Positions 20,001 through 32,800 of a stretch of DNA of 64,000 bases are shown piece after piece. Source of the stretch: Tubiluchus corallicola (taxonomy: Eukaryota > Animalia > Priapulida). Under the pieces are notes generated by a model, which worked only from the letters and a program-made list of their open reading frames with translations, had not been told where the DNA came from and did no database searches. The number at the start of each line of letters is the position of its first letter. Position 1 is the stretch's first letter. Where the stretch lies: NCBI GenBank assembly GCA_030141605.1, contig JAQGDQ010000134.1, positions 124,001-188,000 on the forward strand, read 5' to 3'. A program made the translations under genes and the position numbers.

Positions 20001-23000
20001 TGCTACCGGACTGATGAGTTAACACCAAGGCCACAGTGATGTTTCAGCTACCAACATACCTGTGGTTGTTCCGGATTGGTAAGGAACAGGAGTTATTGCA
20101 AAAAAACAAGACTTTACGGAAGTATTTAAAGCAATCAACTATTTTCTTCACTTTGCATTTACAGGTAATAACATACGTGCTAGCTTCAAAATGGTCAGTA
20201 GCATAACAAATGACCACAAGTTCGGTTAAAAGATTAGTCAAGTATATCATTCACTACTAGCTTCAGCTCATTATAGTAAACATTGTGATTAAGGCTTAAA
20301 AACTGAAGCATCCGAATGTATTTCCATGTACAAAAGTTCTGTTGCAGCAACTGCAAATGACTAACTGGTGTAATTTGAAAAAAGCACAAAGCAAAGCATT
20401 TTCACCAAAGCTGGAGGGGCAGCTACACTCAATTGCCTAAAACATCAAAAAATCATCAAAGCTGAGAAAGTGGTTTTATAAAATAATCTTTATCGTGCAT
20501 TACAAACAAAAAGGCAAATAGAATCGGCCATTATTAAACGTTTATTAGTCTGAAGGTGAATCTCGGGTGACTGCAGACACATTGATTTTTCTATACACAA
20601 CAATTTCAATCCTTTTAGCACTGCCTAATGCAGTCTACCTGCAATTGCTACTGAAGGTTATACAGGTAAGACACAATTCAATGTGACTTCAGTCCACAAT
20701 CTGATCACCTGCATGGTTTATGACTTGCAGAGAAATCATCCATTCCCTGTATCCATGATGAAAATCAATAACTTTTAGTGAAGACGAAATGTATTCTTAA
20801 CCCTTTCACACCCGTTGTATCCCGTGGGATACGAGAATATTTTCTGCCTTTAAAATTAACAAAATTTTAAAACTGACAGTTATTTGATCTGTTAATAGTT
20901 ATTTTGATTTAAGCCAATAACAAGAGACTAAAAATGGCGATAAAATGGCAAACTAGAAAATCTACATAGCAGAAAAAAGTGCGCAAGGTACAGTACTTTA
21001 GAGACGATTTCGTACAGATCAGCATAGCATGCATACTAAATGTCTTAAATACTTAAAAAATTATCAGCAGTTGCAAAATGAACCCCATTTTATGCTTCCA
21101 TTGAATCCCAATGTATCCCGTGGGATACAGGCTATATTTAGCACGCGGGCACAGGTAGAAAAAAGTAATTATTATGTGTAAACAAGATGGACATACTGAA
21201 CAAAAGTACCAAGCCAAAAAAATTTTTCTTATTAAAAAAATAATTTGGGACTGAAAGGGTTAAACAAAAACCTCATCTGTATAAACTGGATTTGTTTGTT
21301 ACCATCATAAATTTTGTATTAATTATTATTATTAGAGAAAATTATAAAAGTTAAACTAAATAAAAAAAACACAACCTAAATTATTTATAGCCTAGCACGA
21401 AATGTAACAGTTTGTAAACAGAAAGACCTAAATCAAAAGTCAGCAATTACGACGTGACATAGGTACACTTTTTATAAGAAAGATAGCATATTACAAGGAA
21501 AAAATGAACATGCATTCCAAATGTTCAATTCTTTTCAGTAGTAACATACATGTTGTAATACACATTTTCCTAACTTGTTTATCACTTTGATTTCTGAACT
21601 CTCTGTCAAATTAAATTTCATTACAAAACTCAAAATAAGAACTTGCAATTACTATGAGTATTATCTCCTACAGCTCATAGCTATAATACAAGCACAAATA
21701 ATCCTCACACGAATCAATAATGTGGCAATCCTCAGGCAGGTGCATAATTAGCTGTTCTAGACAAGAACATAAATGTAAGAAGATCTTAAAGCTGCATTGC
21801 TGTTCTACTGCAGGTCACTGACATTTCCAACCTACCAAAGCAGCAGTTTAGTAGTACTGTATTAAAATAGGAGGTACCTCACACAGAGTTCTACATCGGT
21901 GTTCGTGTTTGAAACTATTCAGATTATTGGCTCTCACTAATGATTCTGGTAACGAGTTCCACATAATCACTTCAGCTTGAAAGAAACTGTTACGATACCT
22001 TTTGGTATTAACCCTGTGAAAGAACAATTTTGCACAGTGTCCACGTGTAAAGGTTCTATTAAGTGTAAAAAACTAGTTTATGTCAACATCAGTATACCCA
22101 CTTAAAATCTTGAACATTTCAATAAGCCTTCTTCTTCTAATAGAAAGCTATACAGATCTAGTTTTTTCAGTTTCTGGGGATATGCAAGTCATTCAAGACC
22201 TACGTTCTAATCACCAGCTCGTGCTCGTACTTGTTATAGAGCACAAATGTTTATGAGATAGTAAGTGCGCCATAACCCAATGCCACATTCAAGATGTAGA
22301 TGAAGTATAGTTCTGTTGATTAACCCAAAGATCCTGTTAATCTTGATATTCTTCTTAGAAATATGAGTGGGCAAATTTAGTTTATAGTCTGCTAGCAAAC
22401 CAAGAACCACTTGCTCAGTGACTTCAAACAAATCAACATCATCAAAGCTGGATTGAGCAGAAATGGTCAGACTACCTACATGAATTACTTGTATTTGCCA
22501 TCCTGTATGTTAAACTCCATCTGCCACTTACGAGTCCATGCAGAGATTTGAAGAAAATCTTCTTGCAGTGGTTTTACTTACAAAAAGAAGATACTGGATA
22601 TGCTAATTTGGTATAATCAGCAAACTTAAGTAGCTGGCTAACAACATATCATCTACGTCGCCAATCTAGATCAGAAATAACAAGGGTCCAATGACACTTT
22701 CTTGTAACACCAAGGATAAAACTGTCCAATTAGCAATGTAACAACGCACAACTCTCAACTTCAATATATTGTTCTCTAACAATTAGCAATGCCTGTATCC
22801 AGTTAAACAGTTGCCCATGAATGTCATGCGCTTCAAGCTTATGTAATAGTCTTCTGTGTGGGATACTGTTTGTCGAACACTTTTGAGAGGTCTAAATACA
22901 GAAAGTCAAGAGAACTGTCACAATTCAATGTGGAGAAGACATGTTCAAAAAACTCAAGTAGATTACTTGTGACTGACCTCTTCTTGAGAAACCAATGTTG

Positions 23001-24816
23001 AGATCTGCTTAACTGTTCAATTGTATATACATAAGCACTATGTTGACAATATGCCTCTCCGGCAGTTTAACGACGCTGGCCTACAGTTTGCAAGATCACA
23101 CTTAGGTTCCTTCTTATCTATCGGACTAATGCGAGACAGTCCTCAATGACTGGGTATGTAACCAGTATCTTTGGATAAATTAAATCTGGTCTTGCAGATG
23201 CACGCGGTCTTTGTCCAAGTGGTAATACTAACTAAAAGTAGTAATACTAACTAAAATCAGTATTATTAAAAACACTGACATTTGTCGAGTCACTTCCCTA
23301 TGACTCAGTAATACAAATAACATCTGGCTGCAAAAAAATAATATATGCTAGAACATCACAAATTTTGTTCATAAGGCTCCTGGCATTGGTACAAAAGAAA
23401 AATAAAGGTATAATCATTATTATTAGAATTATTGATAATATTATCAGTTATTTAATTAATTAGTCTTCTGTTTGGTACTTTCATGCATGTAAGTGCTAGA
23501 GTGCATCACAGAAATGTATTGCGCATTATAATAGGGTTTGTTTACCCAGTTACAGTTTTGTCTGTTATTATATTGACAGCAGTATTGTCAACAGCTATAG
23601 CTGCTTACAACTGCAGAACTGCTGACATAATTTGTATTCATCCCTTGTACTTCATGTCTTCAGAGCTTATTCAATAAAAATGTGCCTATATAATGTATTC
23701 TCAGACAGTTTGAGAGCTTTCTTTATTACAGTTTTTTGTTTTTGGCACTAGCAAGATCAACTTTAATTTTGACATCATTTGTGTACCACAGAACATACAT
23801 CTCTGATTTCAACTTTGACATGGACAAGCAAATCAATATGAGCACATACACCAATGTTTGAAGCTCCTTCAACTTTGAACTTGTAACACGCACTGGTCCC
23901 TTCTTGGTGAAGGAGGCCAGCTCAAGTAGCATCTCACATTAATTGTTAGCTATTTTTTCAATACAATACAATTTTTAGCTATTTCAATGACAGAAATAGA
24001 AGTGAATGATCTATATAGTTTGACTTACAAGTAAAGTAAAATTGTGTAATTTATCTCACAAAAAGGCACTTTTTGTTACTGACTGCCTGCATGCCGATTT
24101 TGGTATAGATGCATTTTATACCAAAATTGGAACTTAAGTGAATAACATTGCTTTGAAAATCAGTGGTATCTCTGTACTTAATATGCTGTAAAATGGCCGA
24201 TCTTGCTCTGGTCACTCACATTTATTTATCCCTGCTGCAAAATGCACAAACCTCACGATTATAATTATGTATCTTAAATAATGTCATGCTACATGCTTCT
24301 TACCATTAGTATTATCACCAAACTCATGTACATGGAATCCATGTTCTCCAGAAGCTAATCCTTTTATCTCGCCTGTCACATGTACATCACCACCCTTGAA
24401 TAAATGTAAAAATCGGTGTTGTTGTCTTAATTAACACATGTCTTTGTTGTGTTAATGTACTTTTTTCTGTACGAATAAATAATTATAATAATAATAAATG
24501 GCATACCAAAATTATGAATTAAATCCACTGATATTCACAAGAAATATACCACCCACTTCAATTGCACAATTAGGTAATGTACTAATATGTAGCAGGGTAT
24601 CTTGCCACAACTTAATAACACATTGTTGCGCATTGCCATATTTTGATAATTAATTTGCTTGTACAAAACCACTCGGTTTACTTTACTTAAATTATTAAGT
24701 CATTAATAAATGTTCAAACTAATTATTAATTTTTTAAAGCTTCATACCGCCTGATTTTGAGAAAAATATATAGTTCCATTCACAGTTTCGCCTTGCATAA
24801 CACAAACAGCCTTCAT
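16975..24816 (-). CDS. SOD1: Cu/Zn superoxide dismutase, cytosolic SOD1 (5 coding exons, 151 aa)
   Basis: Minus-strand exons 24816-24748, 24394-24304, 19723-19654, 18752-18635 and 17082-16975 (69/91/70/118/108 nt) are all GT-AG. Protein MKAVCVMQG...[24 protein letters not shown]...HAGP...RHVGDLGNV...[39 protein letters not shown] retains all Cu/Zn ligands, the disulfide Cys pair and the catalytic Arg. Confidence 0.97.
17331..17648. repeat. Foldback/long inverted repeat (~135-bp arms, ~50-bp loop) in SOD1 intron 4
   Basis: tgcagtgaaatctagtgt...gaatatgtagtaaaattacaatatgc pairs with gcatattgtaattttgactacatattc...acactagatttcactgca. Confidence 0.92.
18635..18752 (-). CDS. SOD1: SOD1 coding exon 4 (HVGDLGNV...IIGRTMV)
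   Basis: Zn ligands His/Asp; bounded by ttacag and gtgagt. Confidence 0.96.
18795..19190. mobile_element. Degenerate Tc1/mariner-like MITE
   Basis: Right end ...gaacaaccctgTA (TACAGGG-type TIR); subterminal taactcgtaattctt (left) mirrors aaggactacgagtta (right); left TIR decayed. Confidence 0.5.
19654..19723 (-). CDS. SOD1: SOD1 coding exon 3 ([19 protein letters not shown])
   Basis: Bridging His and Zn-ligand His; bounded by tttgcag and gtacat. Confidence 0.96.
20801..21259. mobile_element. piggyBac-type MITE
   Basis: TTAA|ccctttcacaccc ... gggactgaaaggg|TTAA; internal palindrome gtatcccgtgggatac present twice. Confidence 0.92.
21800..23200 (-). mobile_element. Decayed CR1-like LINE reverse transcriptase fragment in SOD1 intron 2
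   Basis: Minus-strand RT motifs broken by frameshifts and stops: [40 protein letters not shown] (FADD), [22 protein letters not shown]...NSFK. Confidence 0.88.
24304..24394 (-). CDS. SOD1: SOD1 coding exon 2 ([13 protein letters not shown])
   Basis: Cu-ligand HVH; bounded by ttcaag and gtaaga. Confidence 0.95.
24748..24816 (-). CDS. SOD1: SOD1 coding exon 1 ([23 protein letters not shown])
   Basis: KAVCV motif; donor GCG|gtatga. Confidence 0.9.
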
Positions 24817-24959
24817 CGTGATTTTAAAAAAGATTTAAGATAAAATAATAAAACTCATGTAGGTGACAAAATATATTCAGTATGCTGCCAGACTGCAAGT
24901 CATGCACGGCCTTGTACTTCGCAAGGCTCAAGCACTTTCTATTATCAGGTCAACAAATT

Positions 24960-25170
24960 TTAATGAGCAGTAGCTGCGCACACGTGCAACATCGGCAACA
25001 TGCTCATCGGTGAGGACTACATTGCGTTTTTCGTGTTGAGCGCACAGAATTGTGGGCATGATTCGAATTTTGCGCACAGGACTCACCATGTTCTTCACAG
25101 GATTAGTATATGATAAAACCGGCTACGAATTCGAGTTGTCTAATACGAACATATGTTCCTACGACCACGT
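24960..25170 (-). promoter_or_regulatory. SOD1 5' regulatory region with three MRE cores (TGCRCNC)
   Basis: TGCGCAC at 24975, GAGCGCA at 25038 and TGCGCAC at 25071 within a CpG-rich patch. Confidence 0.55.
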
Positions 25171-25390
25171 CATGATGACTAAGGCTTTAGTGATGACTGA
25201 TTGATTGTGTTGATAAGAATGATGTAAAAAAGAAACAAAGCAGTAGGCATTAAGAAGGACAGCATAATTTCTTTTATTACATGTGTCCGTGTTTTCCAAC
25301 TTCACAGCTACCACGCTTATTAAAGGAAGATCGGACGATTGTTTAGACTCAATCTCGTTTTAATGTACTGTGTAAAATATACATTTTCTT

Positions 25391-26360
25391 ATATATATAT
25401 ATATATATATACATATATATAATCTTTATTTGCCATTAAAATACATTGATAATCACTGATAAAAACTTTACAAAGATCATCAATCAGTGTTAGTTAATAA
25501 AAACTTACACTGCTGAAGGCAAATGCGTCAGTGCAATCTAAACTACTGTGCAGTAATGACGAATTAAAATTAAACATACTTACAACTATGCATAAAAAAT
25601 GAAGAAAAAACTATGATTTAATTAATATGGCCGTGGGTATATGAATTCTGAATTAGTGTGTATGTTGTCGTACTGGTGCGATGGTATTTCATATCTGGTT
25701 AATATTAGTGATTTTAATTTTGTTTTAAACGCTGATAGGGACTTGATTTGTTCAACCTGTAATGGTAGAGAATTCCAAAGTAAAATTGCTTGTTTGATTA
25801 CAGAGTTCGCTCCATAGTGGGTATTTGTCCTAATTTGTTTCAGATTGCTTGTTCTGGAATTAACGATAGGATTTGGAAAAAAGGTAAATCTGTTATTCTG
25901 GAATGGTTTGCTCATGTTGTTAATGTATTTAAATATAAAAGCAGAGTAAAGTATTCTTTGTGTGCTTCAATGATTGGGAATTTTAAAGTTTTTCTCGGGT
26001 TAGTTGTTGAAGCTTCCTTTAGTTTTAGTTTCCTTTGATAGTTGCCCTTTAACTTGTCGGAGATATGATGTGCTAGATGCCATTTTTGTGTATATGTTAT
26101 TAAAGTGTTCATCCTATGAAAGATTATTGTCTACCTGTATGCCCAGGAATTTAACATTGTTAGTTTGTTTGATTACAGCATTATCTATTGTCAAAGTGGT
26201 TGATGATGCATCATTAGTATTTAATGAGGGTGACAGTATCATGAATTCTGTTTTGTCATTATTCATTTTTAGCTTGTAATGACTAAATGCCATATTTATA
26301 TTTTTTATATCTTCTTCTAAATAATTTTTTGCAGTTTGGACATTTTCATGGTCTTGCCTA
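25391..26360 (-). mobile_element. 5'-truncated LINE 3' end (CR1/L2-related) with (TA)n tail
   Basis: Minus-strand LKMNNDKTEFMIL, VKFLGIQVDNNLS and LLWNSLPLQVEQIKSLSAFKTKLKSL, then a 3' UTR ending in AATAAA and (TA)n. Confidence 0.82.
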
Positions 26361-27619
26361 TAAACGTTAATAATTGTTTTTTACGGCAACCGAACACAGC
26401 TATTGCTTACATCAGAAACTAAGCCTTCTCTTGCACGTCAAGCACGTTTGCATGCATAGGTGTTACAGTACTGCTTAAACGTATGATGTCACGAAAAATG
26501 GGCTTTACATCATATGGCATCATGAAACTAACACAGCAGTTCATGATCATGGTTATCACGGTACTGCCTGCTATTTGTTGGCCATGAGAATGTGACAAAA
26601 AGGCACCACTGCCAGTTTCAGTAGATTCACTGAGCTGTGCATAGTTTTGAAAGTTTAACGAAATTTGAGTATCCGAGGTAATTATTATTTAATCTAATCT
26701 GTGATTTAAAATAAGCTATTGTAGTTTTCAAAATTTTAGAGCATTCTTTTTTCTGAACTCGTTTTTACGTTTTTACACAATCATCTGATTTTCCTTTAAG
26801 TTGGGGGATTTATAATACATTTTTTGTGGCTAATGCTGTTATTGCAATTGTGTATGACCCATGGTGTCGGATGTATAAGGAATACAATGTGATGTGGAGC
26901 CAGTCTGTTTGTGGAAAAAGTCCTGGTCCATGCATAAGTAACCAAGCAAGCTATGTTTTGGCTAAAAGCTGTGTGCATGCATAATTGACAGTCATAATTA
27001 TAGTCTTTCACTTTAACATTAAATTAATAACTTACAGCTAGTTGTGTGGTTAATGGCCTACACATTATTATTATTCTGGTAAGTGCTAAGAAACTCGGAA
27101 TCTAACAAAGTTAATTGGCAAACTTTAGTGGCTCATTCAATACTAATCTTACCTGTGTCGTTTCTGGTAGTTTCGTTATATGTCCTACCTTTCTTAGACT
27201 TCTGATTCTGATTTAACTCTCTGAAGATACTTTTTGGTTTGTTATACAGCTGGTCGTTTCAAATGATATTTTATGGCAATTTTATTTTTAGGATTTTTTT
27301 GAATGAACGTTTCTGGACCTGAATTGCAGTGAAACCCCATATTTCACTGTTGCATACGTAGATGTTAGTTAGATATGCAATGGAAGCGATTATTCTGAAA
27401 CCTGTCCATATATGCAATTTTGAAATTATAAAGGCCTAATTTATTCTATTGTTGTACCCTTAATTAAGAGTTGCAGTCTTAAATGTTGTAGCATTGTTCT
27501 GAGAGATAGTTATCTTAACAGATTTATACTATACAAAATTAGATTTTGGTTATTTTACTATTTTTGCAGAATAACCGTATTTGTCTTTGTGAATTAAAAT
27601 TTCCATTAGTGGTGGCAAA

Positions 27620-27780
27620 TGTAAGACGAAACACCGACTAGCTTTGCATGCTTTCGTGCTGCGCTTGCGCAAAATGCGCAATAAAAAGAAGCCAAAACAC
27701 TGAAAGCAGTCGAAGAAGTTCGGAAGTGAGTAAGCCGTGTTGAGTTCGAAAAAGCTTGTAATTTTTGCGAAGATTTTAGA
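27620..27780 (+). promoter_or_regulatory. Putative TULP4 promoter (NRF1-like TGCGCTTGCGCA at 27660, ETS CGGAAGTG at 27721)
   Basis: CpG-rich patch with housekeeping-type motifs, followed by a strong donor CAG|gtaagg at 27982/27983 that could end a non-coding first exon. Confidence 0.5.
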
Positions 27781-29563
27781 CCTGACAATTGAGTGGAACT
27801 TTCGTGAGTTACTGCACTAATGATTTTTTTCTGGTTGTATTGTGTCTTAAGTGTTTCCAACCGTGTCTAGGCATTCATAATTATTCTGAGAGCTGCTCAC
27901 CACCACGGCATGTAATAATACTGAAGTATGGTGCAGCTTCTTCGTGTATATGACTTAATTAGACCTAGGTAATGATAGCCAGGTAAGGTAGGTTTAATCC
28001 TTAACATCTGTAGCAAGCTTGACAATGAGAACACGTTGTGTAGAAAGACACTAGGCCCGAATAGCCCCAGTGCAAATGTGAAGAATTATTCTATTTGTAA
28101 CTGGGATAGCTTACTCTGATTTGATGGATTACCAGTGTAAATCACAGGAATTGGAATTTATTGCATCAACATTAAAAAATTTAAATGAACTTATCACAGC
28201 TGCTGAGTGACTAGATGACTTGGTGCAAGCTCTGCTTAAAGCAGTGAAACTACTGTCAAGCAATAGAATGAATTAGGCTTTTATAATTTCAGTATTGCAT
28301 GCATCTATATTTTTCAGATTAATTAGTCCTAGTATAATGTTTAACAGAGGAATAATGAGAGAGAAAACATGAGTGGAAAAATAATTGTAGGCTTTGCCCT
28401 GTCAGTCTATGATAATCTAGTAAAAACAAGAATCAGATAATACCAACATATTGGCTTATAGTAATTTATGGATACTTTGATGACTTTTAGACAGAGCATG
28501 CTAATATTGCAGCAGTCATTGGAACATTGTACTGGTTAGTAAATTTTATCCTTCGCCTCACTATGAAGAACCTGTGACGCAGTATTTTGTATTGCTGAAT
28601 CCCAAGTTTGTTGCTTTCTGCTAATGCTATGCAAGTAAATGTTTATAATAAATTACCTTTTAAACAAGGATGGTTATTTTTACGTGTTAGACCTTCAGTG
28701 CATTAAATATCAAATGACATACACGTGTGTATTAGGGCCTAGGCTAACGACAGCAGTCGTTATTATTATCGCAGTTGATATTGTGCCATTAGTATGACCA
28801 GTTGTTAATGGCACATGCTATTCATTAAAAATTTTGATACATTAAAAAAAATTCAATTATATAGCTGTTAAACAGAATATTTAATTTTGTTATAAATTTG
28901 CAGCCCAAAAACTGTTGTTTATAACTTCAGTTTTCACATTGCTAATTTGGCTTGTCTCTGCAGTCATTATTAGCACAAGTAGTTTACTTTGTGATTGTAC
29001 AACACAAGTTTGCCTGACACCTACACGGCTTGTTTCAAGTAAATTAGCCAAATGCAACTTTTTATCATGATGGCTGAACTTTCAGAGGAAGTAAAGTCTG
29101 AAAATTGGATTAGTGTAGTAGTGTTATTTTTAATTAGTAATATTGTAATTAACATGTAATAGAAGACAAAAATATGGTAGCTTGCTACCAGTCTATTAGC
29201 TTGATTTTCTGTGATTAGTGGAGGTAAAAAGCATCTTTACTAACATATAGGTGCATGCGCGAGTACATTAGCATTTCATTTACTTTAACTTAGCCATTTG
29301 GAAAAGCATTGAATCATCAGTCAGATCATATTAATTTTATTTTAAAAATTTAACTTTTCCTCATAGCTCTTGGTAAATTAGTGACATATGTAGAACCACA
29401 TGTTGCACTACTATTAAAAAAATTATTCTACTATTCTAATACTTAAGTACTATGACATTTTTTTTATTGCCAGTTGCTGATTGTCACTAAAGTTCAATGT
29501 TTTTAGGTGATACTGCCTGCCGGATGTTTTTCTCGGAACTGAAACGTGCAATGCCAAATTATA

Positions 29564-29824
29564 ATGCATTTGTATTTTGAGAAGAATTTGAATGCCAAAA
29601 GTGATTCGACTTTACTGGCTTTATCATGGATGGGCAAAGTGCCGGACGAAACCCCGGAAGAGGACGGTTGGAAGCTCGATCGGACAAATTACTACCAGGA
29701 GGGATGGCTAGCATGTGGAAACGTGCATGGTATTGTCGGCGTCACCTTCACAACTTGCCATTGCAAGAAGTTGTATGATGCACCATCGAGAAGCAATTTC
29801 AACTTGCGTGGTCATCGCTCTGAG
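29564..29824 (+). CDS. TULP4: TULP4 first coding exon (exon starts at acceptor 29507)
   Basis: Encodes MHLYFEKNLNAKSDSTLLALSWMGKVPDE...LRGHRSE; donor gtcagt. Confidence 0.94.
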
Positions 29825-32800
29825 GTCAGTTGAAGTTTTTATTTTATTTGTGTTTGACTAGTTGCGTAATGTACAGAAATTAGTTTGTCGATGAGTAAAC
29901 ATCAGGAAGTGAATTTCAAGTGGATTTTGATGCACGTACTTCTGGAATTCATCTAACTGGAAGGCTTCAATATAGCTATTTTTAAAAACAGAACGACAAA
30001 CAGGATACCTCAGAATTTGAGGGCCTGTCTGTATTTCACAAACTCTCTGAAAATGCATATAAGTGACCCATGATGTAGGGCTAAAGCATATATGGTGTAC
30101 AACTGCTTTGTCACAGAAGTTTAAAAATGCCAACAAAATAGCCTGCAGCACCAAAATTTTGCAGTTGTTACTCTTACGAAATTCTAGTCTCCTTTCCTCA
30201 GCGAGAAACACATTCAGATAGTAGAAAGGATCCTTACCACGTGTTGTAAGGGTCTACCTTACGTAATATTTTTTCATTGTAAAACCACATTACACCATTA
30301 TATTATATTACCCCTAGTCTTGCGAAAGTTAGAGGCCGGTCCTTTGTTTTAGATGGATTAAGCTCTATGGGTTACCTTCATGCCACCCTCTAGCATTTGC
30401 TCTATAGCTTCTATATGTATGCAGTCTTGTCGTCCTATTCATATATAGTAGATTAGCTCAGCATGTGTAATGCATAACCTTTTGCACATTTACTGAGTTT
30501 GGCCATATATTTAAGTTCTGCCATTTGGTTTTTGAAAACTGAATTTCCTAAAAAAGTTTTCTCTCGAAGGGCAGGTTTTTCTAGGATGCAGCTGTGCATT
30601 GTGCATAACTTCCGCGTCAGTAGCTGACATGTGAGAAAGCTGTAAAATGTTGAAACCTGTTGATGTTGATGTGTCCGCAGGCCGTTGTATATTTAACGTT
30701 CTTCTCTTTCTCTTCACGCTTCCTTTTCTTAAAAGATTTAGCTTCACAAAACAGGTCTGTATGTCAAAGGTGCCATACTGCATTTTGTCAGTCCTATTCA
30801 TTTTTGACATTTATCTATCATATCATTTCATGAATTGTGTTGCAGCAAAGAGCATTTTAATTATTGCATTAGTATAGTTTCCAATATATATATATTCAAT
30901 GCAAAACACATTTAGACAAGTAACACTGTGATTTTTCAACAGACTGGCAACAATAAATACTGCACATTTTTTGTTAGAAAACTGAAATAAATTATATTAC
31001 TTGCTAGCAGTTAGCACATGTGAGTTAATCAGCTGCTAAAAATTTGCTATGTATACACATTGTACATGGTTGTGTACTCATCCTGAGAGAACTTTACATG
31101 TATAAATTTACATACCTGAGGACATCAGTAGTGTTATATATATGTGATTTCAATCTGCACAAAACCCAGTCTCAGACTCAGACCAGTGGGGTTTTTTCTC
31201 TTTTAGCAGGACCTATATCAAAAAGCGTACAGTAAGTTTGTAAAAACTGTAACAACTTTTTGTAGTTTGAATGCAACTTTGAGGACTTGTTAGATCGTCT
31301 CCAGTAGCCTTGACACAGCTGTTCTGCATTGCCATCAGCATAGGTCGTAGCTCATTTAATCTGACCTATCTATTAAGTTTGGATTGTCCCCACTGCATGG
31401 TTGGTTGTGTAATCTGTTCATAAGATATACTAGTTACAATGAGTTTTAAAGAACTGTCTGAAGATGTCTGCAGGAAGTTGTAAAAGTCCTTATGGCAACC
31501 CTCTCCAATTGAAGCTTTGTAAGTTGTCTCTTATTGCTAGTTCATCCTTCTCCGGGGAGTTAGTGTCACAAATTTCTTATTCATGGTCTTATGGGAAGCT
31601 TTTTAAAAACAGATTTCCCGGAAAAGGATTTCAGAAACGCTGAAATTCTTAAAGTTCTTCAAACAACGGCAGGGTCAATTGCTGCATTATTCTCCACTGA
31701 AATCTGGCATTTGTAACTAATCACAGTCGAAACTTCCTTGGACTGAGCCTTCAAGCATTTCAATTGCTATTTGTAGTGTGTTAACCCTAGAAGTGCCAGC
31801 AAACTACTAGCTGCAACGTCGTTTCCCCGGTACTTTTGCTACCGCTCTATCCTCCTTTTTGCCAGAATTATGCCACGCATTTTCATTTATTTATGTACAG
31901 CTAGATTATCAAAGATTTCTAGATTGTCAAGTTCTAGTGTTTTCTAAACAACTTCTTATGTCGGCTCATGCGGTAAAAAAAGGTTAAGAGATGGCTTAGT
32001 TGAGGATTATTCATTAAGTTAGTGAAAGCAGATGGATGGAATAGACTCAATCAGCCATCACAACACTGTGGTAATTCCCATGTGGTTAACACTAAACCAG
32101 GAAGCCAATGAATGGCTTCATTTGGTGGTCTGCCAGATGAGTATTATTATGTGCTACGTTAGAGGCATAGTTACAGACAAGTACATGTCGCCCTTTTTTC
32201 TGTGCTAATTTTATTTTAATCCAAAATGGGTGCTATGACCTTTGTGAACTGTGCCTTGTGGCTCCATTATCTACAGGTGAACCAATTTCATGAAATTATG
32301 ATCAATGCCTGGCATGACACTACATTTTCATATGTCATCTTTAGTGTCTTGTTAAAATAGCAAGGTGACAGACTTTCACAACTGTCTCCTGTGATGTCGC
32401 ATAATTATATTCTTTATGGTATAAATAACTTAGACACTGCATTCTTAAGTTGAACACTGGTGTGTGCTTGAGAGTTATATCCTCTTAGTAAACAGGTAAA
32501 GGTACTTTGTTAACCTGTACCTATGTAATGTGTACTCACCTGCACACCTGTATCTGTGTAATGTGTACTCCTCTGCACAGTGATTATACATGTGTAATCA
32601 GCCTAACATAGATGTAACACTTTAACACATATCTGACTTGTATGGCATCATCTACCTTATTTGCATTGACTATTAAAATGAGTTGGAAACCATTTCAAGT
32701 CAGTTCAAATAATGCACGAGCTGCAGTGTACACAATGAACTATCTACTACAAATGACATAGTTCTGCTGTGCATGTAAAACATATCACATATTTACGTCA

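Noticed and set aside
31781-31987. Second piggyBac-like MITE starting TTAACCCTAGAAGTG
   Set aside because: The right end (aaaaggttaa) does not form a convincing TIR.
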